Shown in pieces: positions 37,362 through 45,525 of a stretch of DNA of 45,525 nt. The stretch comes from Catajapyx aquilonaris. Taxonomy: Eukaryota. The stretch is taken from assembly GCA_000934665.2 (NCBI GenBank), contig KZ538828.1, forward strand, positions 1-45,525. Direction: 5' to 3'. Numbering within the stretch: position 1 is the stretch's first letter; each line of letters opens with the position of its first letter. Both the position numbers and the translations under genes were made by a program. Below the pieces are notes generated by a model that saw nothing but the letters and a program-made list of their open reading frames with translations, did not search any database and had not been told where the DNA came from.

Positions 37362-37755
37362 TCAGTGTGAAGCAGAATCCGAATACGACGGATACTGCTC
37401 ACGTCCGCCACCAATCTGGTCAGCGTGTGATAAACATATAGCATAGCTCGTTAATTTTGAAGCCAGATGACGGTTGCCATCAGTTGTCCGGCTGCGACTG
37501 ACCTGACCAATCAGGACTTTTGTTGCATGTGCGCACCTGTTTTCCAAAGTATGGCCAACCAGAATCACGTGGATGACCTCTGGGAACGGAATAAAAATTA
37601 CTATGCCCATCAATAGGCGTAATGCATACCATTCTTGAAACTGTTCTCTTTGCTTCATCACTGTCAGCAAGGAATACAGCAAGGCAGACAACTCAGTGGC
37701 TATTGTGACGAGCATCAAAATCAGGCTTGGCGACATCTCCATTTTCCATCGAAAA
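37362..37755 (-). pseudogene. Gustatory receptor fragment (GR12-like, mid-exon-1 only, frameshifted)
   Basis: RWKMEMSPSLILMLVTIATELSALLYSLL...VIHVILVGHTLENRCAH aligns to GR12 RWKSEMSPSLILVVVAVSTKVSAFLYPLL...VIQAILIGQALEKRFAH. Continues in another frame as VYHTLTRLVADVS. No start or 3' exons found. Confidence 0.85.
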
Positions 37756-38278
37756 GCATGGGTTCAGCATTATAACAATGAGTCCGGGTTTGGGGTGATG
37801 GATACTGATACACACAGCTCTTGAATATCGAGCAGGACATTATGCGTCGAACAATAGCCATAATGGTCGCTATTATTCACAATGACAAATCGATTTTCAA
37901 TTCGCTGCGATTGAACCTAATTGATTAACCTTTGGAGTGACTTTGATTCATTTTGCTTTATTTACGCCAGCACGTATAAAAAGAAATTCGCCATATTTGA
38001 CAAACATTATTGGCATCCCCAATTCCATTACCATCGTATATGTTGGATTCAGCATTACTACAGCGCAAAGCGTGCAAAACAGCAATTATTAGAATAATTA
38101 TTAACAGTATGTGTGATGTAAGTCCACTTTTAATGGGTTTTAGTAAATTGTGCACGCCTTTTGCCGCCTTTTGTACGGAAGAAGAGTGATCTTAACAATG
38201 AAGCATGCCCCAGTGTTTTATAGCAATTCATGTGTATATTTTTGCGCGTCTTGCAAACCCTCTCATAGCTCAGCATCA

Positions 38279-40041
38279 TCATTGACCTAAGTTATACGCC
38301 GTATTATTTGTACTGTTGTACTGATGGTTCTGTCCATTGTTGTCTCGTCCTGATTCACCGACACGGAACTGCATTACGACCACTAGGTATGTAGTGACTG
38401 CTCCAGTGATCTGCAGACGGAAGTGATTAAATAATACAAAGGATTTTCATCACAGCCTATGGCTTCAATAACTTACGTTAGTGAGAAGTCGTCTGTTGAT
38501 GGAGAAGAAGTCAGCAGCTGTGATTTCCACAGGCGAAGTGTACATCGAATCCAGCAACAATTCGGCCTGAAATAATTCCCACGAGTCAATGACTCGATCA
38601 CGCTCTAGGTGTAATTAGACCCAGCACTTACCCTCGCCTTGCTCTCATTTCGATTCTGGAGCAGTTTAAGCTTGACTAGGGTGTCGCGAACAGCCTCAGC
38701 CTGAAAAGAGGAGGACATATTAGCATAATAACAAAATTATCAATCGATCAATCATTGCAACACTATTTCCTGTAATACACCAATTCAATGATATAAGGGC
38801 TTACAAGGGTGGTGCACCAAAATAAACAGCAGTAAAAATGAGAGAATAAGAGGCAATAAGAGAATCCAAATCTCCTAAAATAATAAATGCACCGAATATA
38901 TTGTCAAATATTTCCCAAGTATCATGTCTTATAATATGCAGAAGTAGCTGCAATGTAAATATTTACGAGAGTCATACTATGTTTAAAATCGCTGTACCTT
39001 ATGCGGTACCTCGCTCAAACTAATGGTGAAGACCAGAACTTGGATGATGCTGAGTATGCTGATGGAGAGTATGGCGAGCTTGAATTCCAGATGGTGGATG
39101 TTGATGATCCCAAAAAGCTGTATGGTCCAGTATGTGAAGACAACCGTCATGAAGACAAACAGGCCGTACATGACCACCAGGTACGCTCCGAATATCCTGC
39201 TGACCGACATGACCATCTTGCGCAGGTCCAAGTACACAGAGGTCCAGGACTGCAACTCGTCTCTGCCTGTTTGGTCCATCATCAGGCTCGTTTCGGTCGC
39301 AGAAGACGAGTCCTGACTTATTTCCTGACCATGCAGGTGCTTCAGGACCAATTCAAATCTGGAGACCAGGACTTGGACCAGCATAAATATGGTCAGCCCG
39401 GGCAGGAAGTGGGTCAGAGTTGAAAAGGCGGCAGAGGCCTGCATGAATGCGACCTCGGACGCGTCGGTCCAGAAAATTCGATTCACACTAAGAAAGACCG
39501 AGTTGGTGAGCAAGTGCACTCCCAGCAAAGCGGAGTACACCCACATCGGAAGGGTCATTTCCTCCCTGATCCTGCTCGGGAATTTGATCCCCATGCGTCG
39601 AAGCCTGTCGTCGAGCTGGACCAGGTCGTGTATGAGGTCACAGAACTGGGTGCCGTAGACCATCATGTTGGCAAAATTGATCCAGATGTGCGCGGTGCTG
39701 ATCACTGAGGATATGATGCACATGGCCGAATCTGTTGTTGAACTTCCGAGAATATCGGAACCAGCCATCCCGTACACCTCATGTGCCCTGTAGTTTGAAT
39801 AAGTGGCCAACACCAGAAGGGATAAGCTCCACACAACCTCCCAGGACATCCTCCGCATCCGAACAGGGCTTTTCCTGTTCATAAACACGTTCTTGGCAGG
39901 GAACGACCCGAACACCTTGCTGGCACGTAGGGTCATCGAGAGGACACCGGGTCGTGGGTACGAGCTGGGATCAGAGGGGACGGGGATCGAACCCACGTCC
40001 CTTTTGAGGACACAGCTGACCACACGCTTGCAGAGTGTCAT
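38279..40041 (-). CDS. Gustatory receptor GR11 (~444 aa), inverted paralog of GR6
   Basis: Exons 40041-38998, 38700-38632, 38566-38477, 38410-38279; ITGAVTTYLVVVMQFRVGESGRD. Confidence 0.92.
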
Positions 40042-40771
40042 CCTGGGAATGTGACTGGCGACTGCAGCCTTCTCTTTCCCAAAATAGTTTCATCATCGTA
40101 GAGACCCAACCCCAATTACGATAATGCCTCTTGCATCAATCTGTCGCCAAAAGATTAGGCGTATCGTGTCTCCAACCGGTAATCAGTAAGAGTGTCACGC
40201 AAAATGCGGCCCTTTTTAACCATTTAAAAATGACAAAGTCCCATGCAAATATGAGGTAAATCTTCAAAGTACAAGATGATTATTATCGTGTACACATTTG
40301 GTTAATTGACATCTTCGTTAATAAAGTACGTGTATGAGTGTGTACTGTCCAAGTAAATCCGCGTAAAATTATTCATCAATTCATCTAAACCTTCTATAAA
40401 AATTAATGAAAAGAAAATATACACGAAGAAATGGCATCGAAGTGAGCGCGTGCCTACTAATGGAATTAAATATCATAAAGAGCAATCAATTCTGCCGCCC
40501 TTATATGAGGAATAATTTATTCTCCCTAAGCAACAAGCAGTACATGTGGAAAATCAATTCGCTTTAATAACGAGCGATTCTCGGATCGTGGCAAGTGCCA
40601 TTGTGATATGGTTCACGGTGACACACGACGTTTACAAAAATCGGACAACGCCCACTATTTTTCTAAATGAAAAGACGCCAGCGTTTGACATCCAAGTGCT
40701 GCGTATAGTGCTGTACAAATGAGAAGAAATTACTTGAAGCGTGCCGGTTGCACCGTAAACACGAGTCCAGC

Positions 40772-42649
40772 ATGGGCTTGGCCAAAACTGGAAACGTGAG
40801 GCAGTTCGTAAATGTCAAGATGAGCAGGAGGTCACTCTTCCGCGAAATGTTGCCAGTGTCCAACTCTCTCCTCTGGTTTCTTCGAGTTTGCAAGTGCCTG
40901 GGCCTTTTTCCGGCCAAAAATATCTTCGGATGCGTCCATCGAGGACCACTCTTTGTCCTTCGTTCGCGCGAGTGCTTGTTCGGCTTTTTAGTCGTGGCCA
41001 TCTGCTTGCCTGGGTTCGGGTTCGAAATGGTCTCATCTCTCCGACGCACCAGAGAGGCAGTGGCAAATTACTCCAGCAGTCCCATGACCACGACAGTACT
41101 GGAGTCGTACACCTTCCAGCAAACTGCTGCAGCCACGTGGAATCTCCTCCACATGGTCTTGTCCTGCTCAGCCCTGTGCACCTTCATCAGGAAATTGATG
41201 GAGCAAGACTTTAAGTTGAGAAGTGCTGGAATTCCGCTGCTGCGATGGAAAAGCGAGATGTCGCCGAGCTTGATTTTGGTCGTTGTCGCCGTGTCCACTA
41301 AGGTGTCTGCATTTTTATATCCGTTGCTGTTAATGCCTTGGGGAGAAGCGTCGCAATATGGTGAAGCAATCGACCGATTGTTGTTCGGAGTCATAATTTT
41401 GAATCAGGTACCGGCAGTGATTCAAGCCATTCTGATTGGCCAGGCTTTGGAGAAGAGGTTTGCACATGTCAACAATGCCTTGCTGGATCTTGTTCGTCGC
41501 AGTCACACATCTGGATGGAACCGAGATGACTTCAGAATCCACGAGCTGTGCGACGTGTACCACGGCCTGACAAAATTGGTGTCGGATATGAGCAGAATAT
41601 TCGGATCTTGCTTCACCTTCATTTACGCTAAGGAGTTGATCAATATCACCTTCTCAACGTACGTGGGGATTAAATTTATGTCTGCCTCGCCCGACATTTG
41701 GAGAACTTGGTCTATACTGAACTGGGTGATGTCTGTAACTTCTGCTATCCTGTTGGCTGCACTCACTTGGAAAATAGCGGAAATACCGAAAAAGGCAAGA
41801 GTCTATTTATTCTCGATTTATAAGTTTACTGCATCTAATGGGTAATGTAAATATTGTCGCACTTTTCCAGGCAAGATGTGCTTATGATGATCTGCGTGTT
41901 ACGAGCATCCAACAACTTTCAACAAATTGTCAGCAAAAAGTGAGTTTCTAAGCGCATTTAATGTTGTAATAATCCAGGTCGTTTCATAATGAATTAAACA
42001 AACTTTAATGTTGAAAATAATTTAGAGGCACAAAAGGATCCCTTAATGTTGAGCTTTTCTGCATCCGTTATAATCTTGTAACCAAGATAATAATGGGCTA
42101 AAACGGAAGACAAAACACATCACAGCATCTCTATACTTTAAACTGAAATATAAGAGCTAGTCTATTCTATAGTTATGAGTTGCTGGTATTATCCGAGGTG
42201 ATGGAAATGTCGTACGCTGTATCTGCGACAGATACGATGGTGTAATACACGCATTGATCAATACTGATTATGAGTAATGAGTCTAAGATTGGTCTAAGAA
42301 GACCGAATTAATGCTCTTGCACTTTCCTTATAGAAGTTTTCCCGAATAAATATGAAACACCCTGTATACTGCATAGAATCACTTGACGTAATTTGCAAAT
42401 GTATACTTGCAGATTGCTCAGTTGTTATTGGCAATGTCGGACCGATCTAACGTCGAGGTGACAGCCATGGATCTGTTCTCTATAAACCGTCGCATGCTAA
42501 CGTCGGTAAGTACAGTACGATTACAGTTTGTCTCCTTTTAAAGCGAATATGCAATATTTTCTACATCTATCGGTGGTCTTTCGCAGATTGCTGGCGCCGT
42601 CACGACGTATCTCGTAGTTTTGCTCCAGTTCGACATGAGCGAAAAGTAG
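40772..42649 (+). CDS. Gustatory receptor GR12 (~415 aa), head-to-head with GR11, probable GC-AG first intron
   Basis: Exons 40772-41794, 41871-41939, 42413-42505, 42587-42649. GLFPAKNIF; EVTAMDLFSINRRMLTS; IAGAVTTYLVVLLQFDM. AATAAA at ~42656. Confidence 0.9.
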
Positions 42650-43595
42650 TACACTAATAAATATACTATTGTTGGAAATATGTAGGCTGGGCACATAACA
42701 AAAATAGTCGTTGTAATTAATACACTAACTTTTATCAGTCAAAACATCTAAATAGCTTCTCTAACAGTGTTACCTTTCTTGTTGGATATCAGTTTAAAAA
42801 TCACTGTTCCCTATCACATTCTATTACAAGTAGGAGCATTAAAGTAGTCAAACACTACCTCTGTGAAGGTCAAATTATACTCCTTTAAGTGTCGGGGTCA
42901 AATAGTCGACTGATGGTGAAAGGTGACGGCCAGAGCTTGTTGAAGCATGTAAGCTGATCGCAAGAGCAAAATTAATAATCACATTGATTTGATGGAATTA
43001 CGTTCACGTCGTCAAAGTCGCTGGAAAACTTCCCCAGTGAATTTTTAAGCAGCCAAGTGCCCGAAATAAGGTATTTACATTCCACGCCCAGTTTACTTTG
43101 TCCGTTGATTCTCTTTCATCATCCTGTTTACATACACCGGGGCTGTACTTTGACCAAACGTCAATACCCGGACATGTGTTTGTCACATGACAAGTCCCAT
43201 TTCTGGGGACAGGTGGGAATGAAAAGGTATACTGAAATGTTCACAAATAATTTCGTAAAAGTGGGGCCGGGTTTCAGCTAATCGACCCATAAAAGTGCAG
43301 GACAAATGAGACTACTCTGTTGCAATGAGGTTTCCGTGTAACAATCTTCCGATGAATTATGGACGTGCTAAGTTCATGCATTCAGCCATGCAGTTTGTTT
43401 CATAAGTTGATTCCCTTTATGGTCGAGCACAATACAATTTTCGAATGACAGATGCGTCCTTAGATGCCATTGTCAACCTCGACGTTGCGTGTGCAAGGTA
43501 AATTGCGGCTTACTTATTGACGGAAACCACTAATGAAATACGCACTTGACCAGTCTCATTTCTTATAGGAACGGGTTGTGTCATATGGAACAGAG

Positions 43596-45155
43596 ATGTT
43601 CGCAAAATGTTTCGGAAAGGTGGCCCATCTCAAAATCGAAATGGAGAGACCGGCCATGGTTGAAGTGGTTCCAGCTGACCAGTGCAGCCCTAGACATGGC
43701 CACCGGCAGTCACCAACAGTGTCGCCTCCTCTCCTCTGGTTCCTTCGCGCTTGCAAATTGGTCGGTCTTTTCCCAGCCAAGAACGTGTTTTCTGACATCC
43801 ACCTGCGACCGCGATTCAAGCTGATGTCTGCAGAGACCGTCACCAGCTGTGCGATCTTGACTCTTCTGATGGCAGGTCTCGCTTGGATCCTCACCAGCAG
43901 CTTCGGGCAATGGAACAATGGATTTCTTAAAGCCCAAGGGAACATGTCCACCAAGACAATTGTGTTGATGCAGGTGCAGTGCTACCACATCACATTCGGA
44001 GGGATGTGGAACGTCCTGCTCATGGTGCTCACCTGCCCTGGTCTGTGCTCATTGTTGAGAAGGATCTTGCAGGAGGATGAGGAGGCTAAGACGATTGGAC
44101 TTGCTCTAGAGAGCCGGAAGAGTAAGCTATCTCCTACTCTGACCATCTTCTTCTTGGGCGCATTTGGAGAATTTGCCAGTCATGTCCATTCCCTCATACT
44201 GTTGTGGCCGCGCCTGAGCATGAACCAATCTGATGCCGCCAAAGTTGCATGCATGTTTATTCTGATCTCGGTTCAGTCCCTAGCAATGTCGCAACTAGTT
44301 ATGTTGTTCCGAGATATGGAACTGCGATTATCTGTGGCCAGCCAAACTCTGGTCAAACTAATTAGACGCAGCATCAACAGCAGTGGATCAGGTGGCAACA
44401 ATGCTAGTGGAATCAGTGCCACTTGCAACATTTACCATAACATGACGAGCCTGGGTCACAGAGCCAGTCGTACATTTGGGCTGTCCCTCGCGCTGATGTA
44501 CATAGAAAGGGTTGTCACTACCACTTTCTCGGCCTATCGCGTCATCGGGATAATAGCATCAGAGTCGTGGAGCATTTCAGCAGTCAGTCACTGCGTCAAA
44601 CTCTTTTGTCGTGTGGTCACACTATCAGCGTTCACGTGGAAGGCGGCGGATATTCCCAGACAGGTAAGCACTCATAGTTTTTTGAAGAAAAATAAACCTA
44701 TACACACACATCTTCAGTCATTGTCATTGGCACTTTAATCAAATGCAGGCAGTGTCAGCTTACGACGAGATTCGTCTGATGGACATAAGCAGTCTTCGGT
44801 CAACATGTCAGATGAAGGTAAAGTCGAGGACATTATTTTATTAAACATACGTCTTCTACTAATACCGAGATAACAGCATGGCGTCATACACACTTATGAA
44901 TATCGTTCAGATATCTCAAGTGTTGCAGACCATTGTCTGATTCCACCCGCGTAGAGGTGACGGCCTGTCATCTGCTGTTCTCCGTCAACCGTCGTCTGCT
45001 GACAGCGGTGAGTAAAAATTATTCAGCAACGTGAGCTCTGATATGAATGGTTTATGGAACAAAAACTTCTCTTCTTTTAGACACCCTGTATGCAGATAGG
45101 TGCTGCTGTCACCACACATCTCCTAGTGCTTCTGCAATTCAACGTTAATGGCTAG
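43596..45155 (+). pseudogene. Gustatory receptor GR13, probable pseudogene (frameshift in exon 3)
   Basis: Exons 43596-44663, 44749-44817, 44911-45007, 45096-45155. Exon 3 is 97 nt versus 93 in relatives, giving TGA at 44938-44940. The TM7 motif is altered to TTHLLVLLQF. Confidence 0.75.
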
Positions 45156-45525
45156 TGCAGCAGGACAAACGAGTGTACTACTCTACCATGCACGTCAAGC
45201 CATTCACTATGTTACCCCATCATCATAATTTAATGCCTCAATAGTATAGAAGTTATCAGCTGATTGTTGAGACCAAGTTGAGACTTTCCGGCAGAGATTA
45301 GTTTCTCACACATCATCAGAGAGTCGGCTTAAGATTTTAAATGGCACAAAAGATTTTGGTGATTTGAGAATCAAGGCAGTTTTAGTCCGGTCGAGAAACC
45401 GAAACCCATGCGTTTTTTGAGGGGACCTTTTTTTTTATGATCGCAGATCATTTTTGACATCCTAAGGATGAAATTTAGCGTGGGAGCCATTTTTGTAATC
45501 TTGGCGTTTGGCCGCCATCTTGAAT

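Noticed and set aside
42350..42368. Solo Tc1-like TIR ends (GAAACACCCTGTATA; similar at ~45080)
   Set aside because: No matching opposite terminus found; too short to annotate as elements.
7907..45155. Alternative first exons spliced to shared C-terminal exons (Gr28b/Gr39a-style locus)
   Set aside because: Every long first exon has its own complete set of three 3' exons, so no sharing is required. Cross-gene splicing cannot be excluded because all junctions are phase 0.
45300..45525. Possible repeat element at the window end (GGCCGCCATCTTGAA)
   Set aside because: Truncated by the window edge; no termini or coding evidence.

Overview
Eukaryotic (arthropod-like) genomic DNA with spliceosomal introns, dominated by a chemosensory gene cluster. 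From left to right: a 5'-truncated, intronless divergent ionotropic receptor; a broken LRR fragment abutting a fibrinogen C-terminal fragment next to a possible Helitron remnant; a 13-N assembly gap; and a compact six-exon HIPK/DYRK-like kinase that lacks the activation-loop tyrosine. From ~7.9 kb to the end lies an array of 13 gustatory-receptor (7TM GR superfamily) genes (12 apparently intact, 1 frameshifted) plus one GR fragment. All 13 share an N-terminal G-x-(F/C)-P-A-K-N-(V/I/L)-(F/L) motif. All have one long first exon followed by three short exons joined by phase-0 introns, ending in TY(L/V)xxxxQF. The array shows a recent ~3.7 kb triplication, an inverted duplication with probable gene conversion, three head-to-head pairs, a newly gained intron with a direct-repeat signature, a probable GC-AG intron, and several DNA-transposon insertions whose empty sites are visible in paralogous copies. 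GR numbering (GR1-GR13) is my own. All exon structures were deduced by hand and none is transcript-verified.
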